Positions 1 to 10,819 of a stretch of DNA of 64,000 bases are shown in pieces; position 1 is the stretch's first letter; the number at the start of each line of letters is the position of its first letter. The position numbers and the translations under genes were made by a program. This stretch comes from Dictyostelium discoideum. Lineage: Eukaryota. The notes beneath the pieces are model-generated. The model searched no databases. It was not told the origin of the DNA and saw nothing but the letters and a program-made list of their open reading frames with translations. The stretch spans positions 224,001-288,000 of the forward strand of contig CM000150.2 in NCBI GenBank assembly GCA_000004695.1, read 5' to 3'.

Positions 1-1973
1 AAGCCGATTGCACATTATTGATCGAATCCGATTGGAGTACATGGAAAGAGAAACAAAAGACAATGTTAATCAATGTATTACGTGTTGGTTTAGGTGATTC
101 TATCCTTGACATTTGGGAAAACATTTCATTGCAATTCAGTGTTAGACCATCACAGATTTCAATTTGTTTATCGGCTTTGGATTGGTATGGTGGAATTAGA
201 GCATCACTTTTATCAAGAAAAGATGGTATGGATGGTTTACTTGGTCTATCATGTGGTCTATGGAGTGCATCTTTAATGGGTGAAATGGAGATTTCATATA
301 AAATTCTATCTCTATTGACAAACATCGTCTCTAGTACCGATGTCAGTGGTGGCGGTAGTGGTAAATTACCAAATCAACTAACAGAGACTTCCTATGCAAT
401 CATTGTACGTTTAGCTTCAATTTTACTACATACATCTTATCTCTCTCAATTCAATGGTGTTATGATCCTTTTGTACAAAACTATGCAATCATTAGAATCA
501 ACTGCCAATACAAACCTTCAATCACGTATGACCGAAGAGATGATCGATATTCTCTGTAGTGGTTTAAAGTTGGAACAAGTTGTCAATCGTGGTATTGGTC
601 ATCCTCATACTTCTATCTTAACATTATGGTTCGCTAAAGAGACTACACTTTTCCTTGAAAAGAAAAAAGGTGATCAATCACCTTCGATTTGTTGTGCAGT
701 TATTTTGGCTGCTGCTTGTATGGTAACAATGTCACCAGATGATCCAAATACAAAAGATTTTCTAGAGTATCTCTTTGAAGCACCACTTTCAACACCAATT
801 CAAAAAATGTTACCAACTTTATATCCCTACTATCATTATAGTATTGCAAAAACTCAAGGTGCAACACCGCTACCAAAGGATTCAACCTCTCAATTGGCAA
901 CAACATTATGTTGTAAATTCATTGAAGAATTCCCTGATACTCCCGATTTAATTAGTGGTTTAATTTCAACTGTCAATGATATCACCAAATCATTGGTAGA
1001 GGTTGGTGGTAAAGAAGAAGATGCATCTTTCCTCCTATTCTTTATCAATGAATTACTTTCAAAATATGCTGTTCTTCATCAATCCGTTTCAAATATTCAG
1101 TCTATGGTACTCGTTGAATATACCCAACTCATGATTGATCTTTCGCAACGTTCAACCTCTTCTGCCACTAGAGATGAAGCCCAAAAATCAATTCCATTCA
1201 TTCTTCAAAATATTCCACCAGGTCTTCAATTGGGTGCTTTTGATTTCCTCAAACAATATAACAAAAATGGTATTGAACCAAACTACTATGGCACTTTTGG
1301 TTTACACACTGATCAAGATATCATTAACAATGTTTACACTTCTCTCTATTTAATAAATACCTATCTCTATGCAGTTCCTTCTCCTTCCAATACTGATTTA
1401 AATCCATTAATGAAAAAAATAATTGATAAAAATTATTCATTTAATCCATCATCGTCATTGTCATCATCAAATGGTAGCGGAAATAAATTGTCAAATAGTA
1501 ATGGAAGTAATTCAGGTAAACTACAACCTCCACACCTTTCCAAACAACAATCCCTCTACAAACAACAATTTCAATCCTTCCAATTTTCCTTTAAAAAGAA
1601 AACAGACATTCCAAAACCAAGCCAAGTTTTACACACACCACAACCAACAAAACCACAAATCCCCTCTGATCCAATCTCCCTTAAAAGAGAACAAAGCTCC
1701 TCTGTCATCCCAATCGTAACACCACCTTCTCCAGTATTGGGAAGTAGTAGTGGTGGTAGTGCCTTTAAGAAACCATTACCAATCATGACAAAAAACCTAA
1801 GTGAACAAAGATTAACACCACCAACTCGTCCTTCAACTCCACCTCCAAGCGCCTCAAATCTATCCTCTCCACAAAAACCTTCATTATCCTCAAATGGTAC
1901 AACCATTCAACCACCACAATTACCTCCAAAAAGACAAAAACCAACTGTATCAACTTTAAATCTTAATCAATAG
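1..1973 (+). CDS. 3' part of a large hypothetical protein (5' end lies upstream of the window); Pro/Ser/Thr-rich C-terminus
   Basis: The reading frame is open from nucleotide 3 with no upstream stop. The ORF-track 'M' at 18 is a TTG, not an ATG. The ORF is continuous to a TAG at 1971-1973 and uses Dictyostelium-like A/T third positions. The C-terminal 200 aa are PxxP/Ser-rich low complexity. I recognise no domain. Confidence 0.45.
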   Translation, partial: ADCTLLIESDWSTWKEKQKTMLINVLRVGLGDSILDIWENISLQFSVRPSQISICLSALDWYGGIRASLLSRKDGMDGLLGLSCGLWSASLMGEMEISYKILSLLTNIVSSTDVSGGGSGKLPNQLTETSYAIIVRLASILLHTSYLSQFNGVMILLYKTMQSLESTANTNLQSRMTEEMIDILCSGLKLEQVVNRGIGHPHTSILTLWFAKETTLFLEKKKGDQSPSICCAVILAAACMVTMSPDDPNTKDFLEYLFEAPLSTPIQKMLPTLYPYYHYSIAKTQGATPLPKDSTSQLATTLCCKFIEEFPDTPDLISGLISTVNDITKSLVEVGGKEEDASFLLFFINELLSKYAVLHQSVSNIQSMVLVEYTQLMIDLSQRSTSSATRDEAQKSIPFILQNIPPGLQLGAFDFLKQYNKNGIEPNYYGTFGLHTDQDIINNVYTSLYLINTYLYAVPSPSNTDLNPLMKKIIDKNYSFNPSSSLSSSNGSGNKLSNSNGSNSGKLQPPHLSKQQSLYKQQFQSFQFSFKKKTDIPKPSQVLHTPQPTKPQIPSDPISLKREQSSSVIPIVTPPSPVLGSSSGGSAFKKPLPIMTKNLSEQRLTPPTRPSTPPPSASNLSSPQKPSLSSNGTTIQPPQLPPKRQKPTVSTLNLNQ

Positions 1974-2229
1974 AATTCAAACACTATATATAATAATTTA
2001 TTATTTATTAATTTTTTTTAATTTTTTTTTCCATTTTCCAAAATTTTAATTATATTTTTTATATTCTTATTTTGTTTAATACATAAAATAAATATTTAAA
2101 CTACTTAATTAATTATTTTAATTATAAATTTTATTTTCTTATTTTGTTTCAACACATAAAATTAATATTTTTTTTTTTTAAAATTTTTTTTTTTTTTTTA
2201 TTATTTTTTTTTTTTTCTTATCATCCTTT

Positions 2230-2265
<36 letters not shown>

Positions 2266-2282
2266 AAACAGCTTATTAAAAA

Positions 2283-3085
2283 ATGAATAAAAAAAAAATA
2301 ATACTTAGTGGGTTTGGTACATTCTGTGGTGTATCAGATAATCCAAGCTCACAATTAATGAATGAGATAAAAACATACATTAATGGTATTCCAAATAAAG
2401 ATGTATAGTTTTTTTAAATTGCTTTATTTTTATTTTATTAAAAATATAATTTTACTAAGCAAAGTTTTTTTTCTTTATTTCTAACGACTAAGTAGGAATT
2501 AAGATTTGAAATTATAGATATAAATGTTATAAAAGTATCAGGAAATGGTGTAAAAGATTATTTAAATCAAATAGAAACAAATTATTTAAAAACATCAAAG
2601 GATGATATACCAATTTTAATTCATTTTGGTGTTTCAAGCTCAGAAACTAATAATAGACTTGAAAGATATGGTTGGAATATGGCTGATTTTAGATGTGATG
2701 ATGAAGATATGTGGAAACCACAAAATGAACCAATTGATTCAAATGATTCGAGTGATAAATATGAAACTACTCTTCCAATAAATGATTTAGTTGAGAAACT
2801 TTCAAATAGTAACTATAAAGTAACACCTTCCATTGACCCTGGAAGATTTGTTTGTAATTATTTATAGTATGTATAAATCATATAAGATTTATATTAAAAT
2901 AAAATAGTTGGAAAGTTTAAATACTAAAATTTACCTTACTCTTTTCAAATAGCTTTTTATCATTAAGATTATCAAAATTTTATAATACAAAATCTTTATT
3001 TGTTCATATCCCATTATTTGGTGTTATCGATAAAGAAACACAATTAAATTTCATAATAGATTTATTAAATTCAATTTCAAAATAA
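2283..3085 (+). CDS. Pyroglutamyl-peptidase I (pyrrolidone-carboxylate peptidase, C15 family); 3 exons: join(2283..2385,2518..2866,2953..3085), ~194 aa
   Basis: The N-terminus MNKKKIILSGFGTFCGVSDNPS matches the PCP-I start (xxVLxTGFxPFGGxxxNPS). Exon 2 ends in GRFVCNY, which contains the catalytic Cys of PCP-I (FVCN). Exon 3 reads LYFLSLRLSKF...LFVHIPLFG, matching the PCP C-terminal region (GFIHVP). Intron 2 (2867-2952) starts GTATGT and ends AG, and removes the in-frame TAG. The exon 1 donor (2386 versus 2403) is uncertain. Confidence 0.6.
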
Positions 3086-3164
3086 ATAAATTTCTCTATT
3101 TATATATATATATTTGTAATTTTTTTTTTATATTTTTTTTTTTTTTTTTATTTTTATTTTTAAT

Positions 3165-4352
3165 TTAAGCCATTGGTGTTCCACCAGCAGCAGAATCAGA
3201 GGTATGAACCAACCAACCCCATTGTTGCATACAAAATGATAAAAAGTTAACGGCAAAGAAAGCAATGAAAGCAATAAAAGTATAAGGAATGTCAGCATCT
3301 TTTGATATTCTTCTTTTGTATCTTTCATCTGATTCGATCATGTCATGAGAAGGTTTGATTGCATATGCTAATAAATGATCCTCAGCTGAATCTGATTGAA
3401 TGTTTAAGTCGTCTTTGGACATTTTATTCATTGATTGTCTTAAAACTCTCCAACCGTCTAAAGGACTTTTACCAACTCTAAATAATAAAAACAATACCAA
3501 AACTTGGAATGAAGCACCCCAAATAAACCAAACCCACAAGTTATTTGAATCATTTGGTGAATAGATTAAAGCTGGATCCAATTGTAATGCTATTGCTGAT
3601 AAAATCCATTGCATTAAAATATCGACTGCAATAAACCATTGTGGTACTCTTGTAGAGTAAAAATGTAATATAAAACCAATTGATGTTCCTGTAACCACTT
3701 GTCCAATTGTATGGAATCCTAAAATTGTACGTTCAAAACAAACACAAATCATTACGCATACACCCAATACTCTTGCTAATTTTGGATAAAATGGTGCTTT
3801 ATCAATTAAAAATGCACCTAAAATACCTCCTGCCATTGCATCACCTGATGGCACTATATATTTTTTATAAATAAATTAATTAGTAAAAAATGTTTAGAAA
3901 AAAAAAAAAAAAAAAAAAATAAAAAAAATAAAAAAAAAAATAAAAAATTTATAATTAAAAATCAGTAACATACTTCCATAAATACTACCAACTGGTGCAC
4001 CATCACAAAAACAAGGTCTTCTTTGTCTAAAAACAGCATATAAACCAACACCCAATACTAATGGGTAAGCTGATCTATGTAACATATGAATTAAAATGAT
4101 TCTGAGTTGGCTATATTTATTTTTGAGTGCTGGATATACTGCTGGTGAATTACTGAGTAAAAGTATTGCTGGTAAAAGGAATAAAATAGTAGTGGTAGAG
4201 ATGGCAACTGTTCTTGGATTAACAAATTGCATAATAAAACTTGCCATCAATGGTAATACACTCTCATCATTCTTCCAACATTTATTCATAAACATATCAC
4301 CATTTACATTTGTACAATTTGCGCTATTTGCTGCATTTACCATACTAATCAT
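3165..4352 (-). CDS. PAP2-superfamily (lipid phosphate phosphatase-like) integral membrane protein; 2 exons: complement(join(3165..3853,3974..4352))
   Basis: There are at least 6 hydrophobic helices. PAP2-like motifs are present: FRQRRP (KX6RP-like), YGMPSGDAMAGG (a PSGH-like box with Asp in place of His) and ERTILGFHTIGQ (SRX5HX3D-like). The intron (3854-3973) has donor GTATGT and acceptor TAG. The ATG is at 4352-4350. The ORF-track starts (TTG at 4361, GTG at 3854) are artefacts. The stop is at 3165-3167. Confidence 0.5.
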
Positions 4353-4989
4353 AACAAACAATTAAATTAATTTATTTATAATTTTTTTGATTATTAAATA
4401 AGAAAAATAAAATTATTTAATTAATTCACAATTCCAACTTTTACTACTAATTAATTATTACCACTATTATTATTCCAATGTCACTGCTCCTATTCCTATT
4501 TATACTATTATATTATTTTAATACATACCTTAAAAATGTTAAAAAAGCTAAAATTATAAATAATAACTTCATTTTATACTAACTTTAAGGTTTTTTTTTT
4601 TTTTTTTTTTTATTTAAATATTATATATGCTTTTATTTTCTTTTTCTTTTTTTTAATATATAAAATTTATTTTATTGTATATTTTTTTAAAATAAAAAAA
4701 AAAAAAAAAAGAAAAAAAAATTAATAATATAACGTATATTTAAATATTACAGTATATATGTACACTATATATTTGTCGAAACTTTTTTAGATTTTTTTTT
4801 TATTTTTTTTTATTTTTTTTTTTTTTTTTAAAACATTCAAACGAATTGTCCAAAATAAAAATAAAAATAAAAATAAAAAAAAAATTAAAATTTAAAAAAA
4901 AAAAAACTGATTATAATTGATCAAAACTTATACTAAGGAGGGTATTTTTTTTTTTTTTTTTTTTTTTGTTGATTTTTTTTTATTATTTT

Positions 4990-5022
<33 letters not shown>

Positions 5023-5066
5023 CTTCTATTATTACAAATAAATAAGATTTTATAAGATCGAAAATA

Positions 5067-5113
<47 letters not shown>

Positions 5114-5144
5114 CAAAAAAAATGAATAAATAAAGCGACAAAGA

Positions 5145-6734
5145 TTAAACATTTCTTGCGGCTTGAATTAATGGTTTAAATTCAGAGGAATCACATGCCA
5201 AATCCATGAAAGGATGTTTTAAAAGATCGGTAGCATCAGGACGATTAGCAACATTGATATCGAGACATTTTGAGAAGAAATCTTGGAAAGTTTTACTCCA
5301 TTTGGTTGTTTCTTTAAGTGGTGGAATACCTTTAGTAGTGATGAGGAAAAGAGCACGCAATGGTGGGAAATCCATATAAGGTGGTTCACCTTCAGCCATT
5401 TCCATCATCATGATACCCAAAGACCAAATATCAACCTTGACACCATAATCGTGACCTCTAATGAGTTCTGGGGCCATCCAATAAGGGGTACCAACGACGG
5501 TATTACGTTTTTGTTGTTTTTGAGTTAATTGAGCGGCATAACCAAAATCAGCAATCTTTACACTACCCTCTGAGCCCAATAAAATATTATCACTCTTTAT
5601 ATCTCTATGAATACGATGAAGACTATGAATGTATTGCAATGCCTTCAAGGTCTCTTTAACCACATAAGCAATTTGAATCTCACTCATTTTGATATTATCA
5701 AATGCCTCTAAAATGTCTGTTAAACAACCACCACCCATAAACTCCATTGCAACCCAAAGTTCTCTATCGTTCACTATATAACTATCAATGTAATTTACAA
5801 TGTTATCATGATGTGATGTCTTCATAATTGCAATCTCTGTTACCAAGAGTTTGGCATTATCATTGTTAATTTCAATCTTTTTAATTGCAACTCTCTTATT
5901 GTTCTTTGATGATGTTGCTACAAATACTTCTCCTGCTGCACCTTCTCCAATCTTTGTCATATTTTTATAAATTTTAGTTGGATCTTCTTTTGTTACTAAA
6001 TCACCTATAGTATTTAAAAAAAAAAAAATAAAAAAAAATAAAAAATAAAGAAATAATAAAAGTGTGGTTAATATTAAAAATAAAATAAAATAAAAAAAAA
6101 ACAAAAATTAAATTATGTATGAAAAATAAAAAAAATATAAAAAAATAATAAACATAAATAAATAAATAAACATACTAAGAGTTAAATTTGATTCATCAGG
6201 AAGTGCAGATAAATTTTGAGAATTTGATTTTTCCATTGTTCTACCAGCTTGAAATTCTAAAACTGATAACCATTCACTTGGTTTATCGAGTACTTCTTGT
6301 TTTGAAACATTTGAAGACTTTAAGATAACTTCCCATTCTTTTGGTAAACCAGAGAAACCAGTTGCTGAATTGAAATCAACATGTACCTCATGTTTAAGAT
6401 TGAATGGTTGTGATACTGTGCTATATTCTGATCCTTTCTCAACTGCTTTCATCCAACTTGCCATTTCATCTGGTGTATTGGCTTGAATGAAAAATGTTTT
6501 ATTGATTCTTGGTGATACTAATTCGAAACAATTTGGTTTACCTAATGATTTATTTTCATAGCAACGTGACATTCTTAATGGCACCGCTCCAACTGGTCTC
6601 TCCTCTTTATCCTTAAAATAAAATAACATATCATTTTGAATAATAAACTTTCTTTTCTTCCAATTCTTTACTACATGTCCTTGTTTCTTTAATTCACCCT
6701 CTTTATCTGGTGATTTCCATAATGTTGGTGATAG
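5145..6734 (-). CDS. pakC: p21-activated kinase (STE20/PAK family) with N-terminal PH domain and CRIB motif, PakC-like; resolved exons complement(join(5145..6004,6176..6734)); a short 5' exon around 6920-6945 is not resolved
   Basis: Exon 6176..6734 encodes a PH domain (KNWKKRKFIIQNDMLFYFKDKEE...FFIQANTPDEMASWMKAVE) and a CRIB motif (ISQPFNLKHEVHVDFNSATGFSGLP). Exon 5145..6004 encodes a full PAK-type catalytic domain (GEGAAGEVFVA, VAIKK, HRDIKSDNILL, DFG, GTPYWMAPE). The intron (6005-6175) has donor GTATGT and acceptor TAG, with phase-1 continuity (..NLTL-S-DLVTKEDP..). Domain order and size of about 475 aa fit Dictyostelium PakC. Confidence 0.7.
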
Positions 6735-6797
6735 CTATATTAAAAAAAAAAAAAAAATAAAAAAAAAAAAAAAAACAAAATAATAATAAATTAGTAA

Positions 6798-6828
<31 letters not shown>

Positions 6829-7363
6829 TCTATTCCCATTTTATTTGAAACAAAAAAAAATAAAAAAATAAAAAAAAATAAAAAAATAAAAAAAAAACAA
6901 TGGAAAATAAAAAGATATTTACTTACATCTTATAATGAAATCATTTTTATATTGTTTATATAAAAAAATAAAAAAAAAATTGTTGTGTGGGAAAAAAAAA
7001 AAAGAGAAAAAAAAAAAAAACTAAAAAAAAAAAAAAAAAAATTTTTAAAAAAAAAATAAAAAAATAAATTAAAATATAAAATAAATATAAAAATCGGTTG
7101 GGTTTCATCTAATCTATAATTATCTTAAATTTGGATATTTTATTTTATTTTTTTTGTTTAAAATATTAAAAAAAAAAAAAATTTATATTTTTATATTTTT
7201 TGGTTTAATATATTTGAAGATATTTATTTATATATATATTTTTTTTTTTTTTTTTCCTTTAAACTAAAATAAAAAATTAAAAAAAAAAAAGAATTTACAT
7301 TATTACAACAAAAAAAAATGACAAATTAAATTTACACGCCAATTAAATAATTAGGATTTATAT

Positions 7364-8044
7364 TTAGTTTGATTCTTCGTTGTGATGGCTGAAATAATCG
7401 TTACCACCACCACCTGAAACACTTGAAGATACACCTGGATCTTGAGTTGGGGTGTATGAGGAAACACTTGATTGTGGACCTGATGAGGCACCAGTACGTC
7501 TGAAACCGTCTTGGTTACCACCGGCTGGTGCTTGTTTACCAGAGTCATTTGTTGGGGTATATGTGGAAACACTTGATTGTGGACCTGATGAGGCACCAGT
7601 ACGTCTGAAACCGTCTTGGTTACCACCTGCTGGTGCTTGTTTACCTGAATCGGTGGTTGGGGTATATGTGGAAACACTTGATTGTGGACCAGATGAGGCA
7701 CCTTGACGTCTGAAACCGTCATTGTTACCACCTGCTGGTGCTTGTTTACCTGAATCGGTGGTTGGGGTATATGTGGAAACACTTGATTGTGGACCTGATG
7801 AAGCACCTTGACGTCTGAAACCGTCATTGTTTGTACCTGCTGGTGCCTATTATCGTCAAAAAATAATGACCATTAGCAATTTGTAAAAAAAACAATAATC
7901 AAATATTCAAAATTTAATTATTATATCATTATTTTATGTTTACTATTATTATTTTTTTAAAAAAAAACTTACAGTTTTACCAATATCAACGGTTGGTTTG
8001 TGATTTGAAGTGCTTGAACCTGGACCTGCTAATGTTCTTCTCAT
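7364..8044 (-). CDS. Small Ser/Thr/Gly/Pro-rich protein with four tandem 40-aa repeats (predicted disordered); complement(join(7364..7846,7973..8044)), 184 aa
   Basis: The ATG at 8044 opens a 24-codon exon (MRRTLAGPGSSTSNHKPTVDIGKT) ending at a GTAAGT donor (7972-7967). The acceptor ATAATAG ends at 7847. Exon 2 reads in phase 0 as APAGTNNDGFRRQGASSGPQSSVSTYTPTTDSGKQ repeated four times, then ...GGGGNDYFSHHNEESN-TAA. This frame uses preferred Dictyostelium codons (GGT, CCA, TCA, CAA). The ORF-track frame (7351..7827) uses rare codons (GTC, CTG, CCC, CCG). Four 120-bp DNA repeats are visible on the + strand between 7440 and 7850. Confidence 0.55.
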
Positions 8045-8333
8045 TTTCTTTTATTGTATATATATATAGAGATAAATAAATAAATAATTTAAATAAATAA
8101 TTAAATTTTTGGTGATTGAAAAAAAAAAATAAAAAAATAAAAATGATTTTTTTTGGTGGTTAAAAAAAAAAAAAAAATAAAAAAAAATAAAAATAAAAAT
8201 AAAATAAAAAAATTTTTTTTTTTTTTCCAAATTTATTTGAAAATTTTTTTTTGGGATGGGTCAAATGGAATGCAGTATATTCTTATAAAAAATTTCATTA
8301 GTTTGTATTGGTATTCTTACTTTTTAAAAAAAC

Positions 8334-8374
<41 letters not shown>

Positions 8375-8661
8375 ATAACTTGAAAACGATTCATTATTTT
8401 TGGAAATACATAACAAAAAAAAAAAAATAATAATAAATAAAACAAAATACTTTATATATATAAATTTGTGGTTGATTTTGTTGTTTATGATTTATATATC
8501 TCTGAACTATAATTTATTTGGACAAAAATTTAATGAAATTTCAAAATATAAAAAAAATTAAATATATAATAATATTTATTTTAAATTAATTTAAATGAAA
8601 TTATTGTAAATTTCTTTTTTTGGTTTTTTCCTAGACACTAATCAAATTACCCAGTCCGCTA

Positions 8662-8692
<31 letters not shown>

Positions 8693-9307
8693 ATTGTTAA
8701 AATTATCTTTTTTATCTTTATTTTTATTTTTTAATTTTTTATTTTTTTTAATTTTTTATTTTTTTCCGATATTTTTATTATTTTTTATAGTTGCATATTT
8801 CTTGAGGTTTATTTAAAAGTTAAAGTGAATTATCTGTGTCTATTTTTTTTATTTTAAATAATAAAGAACAAAAAAGGAAAAAAAAAAAAAAAAAAATTTA
8901 AAATTTTGAAGATCTGGCACATATGGACCATATCTGTCAAAATCGATTTTGGTTTGTTCATGAATTAATTCAATGGGAATAAAAAAAAAAAAAAAAAAAA
9001 AAAAAATTGGTTTTATTTATTATTTTTTAGTTAATAAAATTAATTTTTTATTATTTTTTTTTTATTCCCATGGTGAATTATAATTTTTTAATGTACCAAA
9101 TTAATAAAGGAAGGAAAATTTCGAAATGAGTGTTTAAAAAAATTAAACAATGTTGTAATAAATTAGTCTTAAAAAAAAAAAAAAAAAAAGATTTTAAAGA
9201 TAAATTTTATAATTTTTTGTTTTGTTTTTAATTTTTTCCTCAAACATATGTTTTTTATTTATTTATTTTTTTTATTTTTTTTTAATTTTTTTTAATTTTT
9301 TTTATTT

Positions 9308-9372
9308 TTTTTTGAATTTTTTTGAATTTTTTTGAATTTTTTTGAATTTTTTTGAATTTTTTTGAATTTTTT
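9308..9372. repeat. (TTTTTTTGAA)n decanucleotide tandem repeat (~6 units)
   Basis: The run TTTTTTTGAATTTTTTTGAATTTTTTTGAA... is directly visible. Confidence 0.85.
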
Positions 9373-9689
9373 TTTTTTTTATTTTTATTTTTTTTTTTTA
9401 TTTTTTTTATTTATAAATTTTTTTTTCCCAACAACACACCTTATTGGGTCCTCTTTTTTTATTTTTTTATTTTTTTTTATTTTTTTTATTTATTTATTAC
9501 TTTAAATTGAATAATTTATTTTATTTACATACATTCACTCTATTATAATTGATCTTTTGTTGAAAAAAAAAAAAAAAAAAGATAAGATAAAATTAAATTA
9601 ATTAAATTAAATAAAATTAAATAAAATAAAATAAAATTAAATAAAATTAAATAAAATAAAATAAAATTAAATAAAATAAAACAAAATAA

Positions 9690-9795
9690 AATAAAACAAA
9701 ACAAAACAAAACAAAACAAAACAAACAAAATAAAATAAAACAAAACAAAACAAAACAAAACAAAACAAAACAAAACAAAACAAAACAAAACAAAA
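9690..9795. repeat. (CAAAA)n / (TAAAA)n pentanucleotide repeat forming the 5' leader of the Mei2-like gene
   Basis: The run AAAACAAAACAAAACAAAAC... is directly visible. It ends 5 bp before the ATG at 9800. Confidence 0.85.
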
Positions 9796-9799
9796 TAAC

Positions 9800-10788
9800 A
9801 TGAATAACAACCAAAATATGAATAGAAACTACAATAACAATCAAAATAATAGTAATAATAATACTAATAATAACGGCAATAGTAACCAAAATAATATGGG
9901 TATGAATATGAATATGAATATGAATATGAATATGAATATGAACAATAATAACAATATGAATGGAATGGGTGGAGGTAATAACATGATGATGAATAATGGG
10001 ATGAATAATTTTAATAATTCATCAAACTCTTTTATGTATAATAACAATAATACTAATATGAATGGCATGAATAATATGAATATGAATAATTTCAATGGTT
10101 ATAATAATAATAATAATAATAATAATAATTATAACGGATCTAATAACATGAATGGTGGAAATAATAATAATAATAATAATAATATGAATAACCATAATAA
10201 TAATAATATTAATAATAATAATAACTATAATAATAACAATAATAACAATAATAACAAAAAAGTTATACTCCCAAAAAATTTTACAAACCACGATGGCCCA
10301 ATTCTCATTAAGGATAATAATGGTAATGATTTCTTTAATTTACATGTATTTACACATTTTGAAAAAAAAAAAAAAAAAAAATGTTTAAAATGATAAATCA
10401 TTTTTACTTTCACAAAAAAAAAAAAAGAAAAAGATATGTTTGGTTTTTTTTTTTTTTTTTCTTCCTCTTTCTTTAAATGATCAACCATTTTTACTTTAAC
10501 AAAAAAAAAAAAAAAAAAAGATATTTTTTTTCTTTTTTTTTTTTATTATTTTTTTTTTATTTGTTTTGAATGATTGATTTGGATACAAACTTTTGAATGA
10601 AACATTTTTTTTTTATCATTTTTTTCAAAAATAAATTTATTTATTTATTTTTGTTTCAACCCATAAATACTAATCTTTTATTATAAAATAATTTATTCAC
10701 AATTTTTTTTTTTTCTACACTGACTTTGATTTTATATATCTTTAAATTGTCCCTTTTTTTTTTTTGATATCAAAAATAATAATTATTA

Positions 10789-10819
<31 letters not shown>

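Noticed and set aside
18-20. Many ORF-track 'M' starts (e.g. 18, 3854, 4361, 11128, 12070, 15172, 23001, 55600-frame Met)
   Set aside because: Checked in the sequence: these are TTG or GTG codons accepted by a bacterial-style ORF finder. In this eukaryotic sequence they are internal Leu/Val codons or acceptor-site artefacts. Real starts were taken from ATGs with exon/intron context.
4928-5152. Poly-K/poly-F/poly-I/poly-L ORFs reading through A/T homopolymer and microsatellite tracts (4928..5152, 8153..8383, 9543..9889, 10022..10488, 12192..12482, 12834..13067, 31166..31375, 35963..36187, 36307..36528, 37310..37746, 45956..46192, 49666..49863, 52624..52980, 63147..63494 etc.)
   Set aside because: These are translations of poly(A)/poly(T), (AAT)n, (CAA)n, (GAAAAT)n runs or the antisense/alternate frames of real low-complexity coding regions. 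They have no start context, and most overlap a better-supported gene on the other strand or frame.
6629-6738. Starting the PAK gene at the ORF-track start (6629, MLFYF…)
   Set aside because: That Met lies in the middle of the PH domain. The frame is open further upstream to a TAG acceptor at 6735-6736, so the exon begins at 6734 and a separate 5' exon is needed.
7351-7827. ORF-track ORFs 7351..7827 (-) and 7452..7706 (+) over the 120-bp tandem repeats
   Set aside because: They are alternative frames of the same repeat array, with no ATG-exon/intron context. They use rare Dictyostelium codons (GTC, CTG, CCC, CCG). The third frame has a proper upstream ATG exon with a GTAAGT/TAG intron.
10323-10393. 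Continuation of Mei2-like exon 1 to the TGA at 10391 (…FFNLHVFTHFEKKKKKKCLK)
   Set aside because: The GTAATG donor at 10323 plus the acceptor at 10838 gives a phase-consistent junction into the RRM exon (…KDNN|GKVIGEKEKLGRTLFVRNV). The unspliced tail is K-rich read-through of an A-tract.
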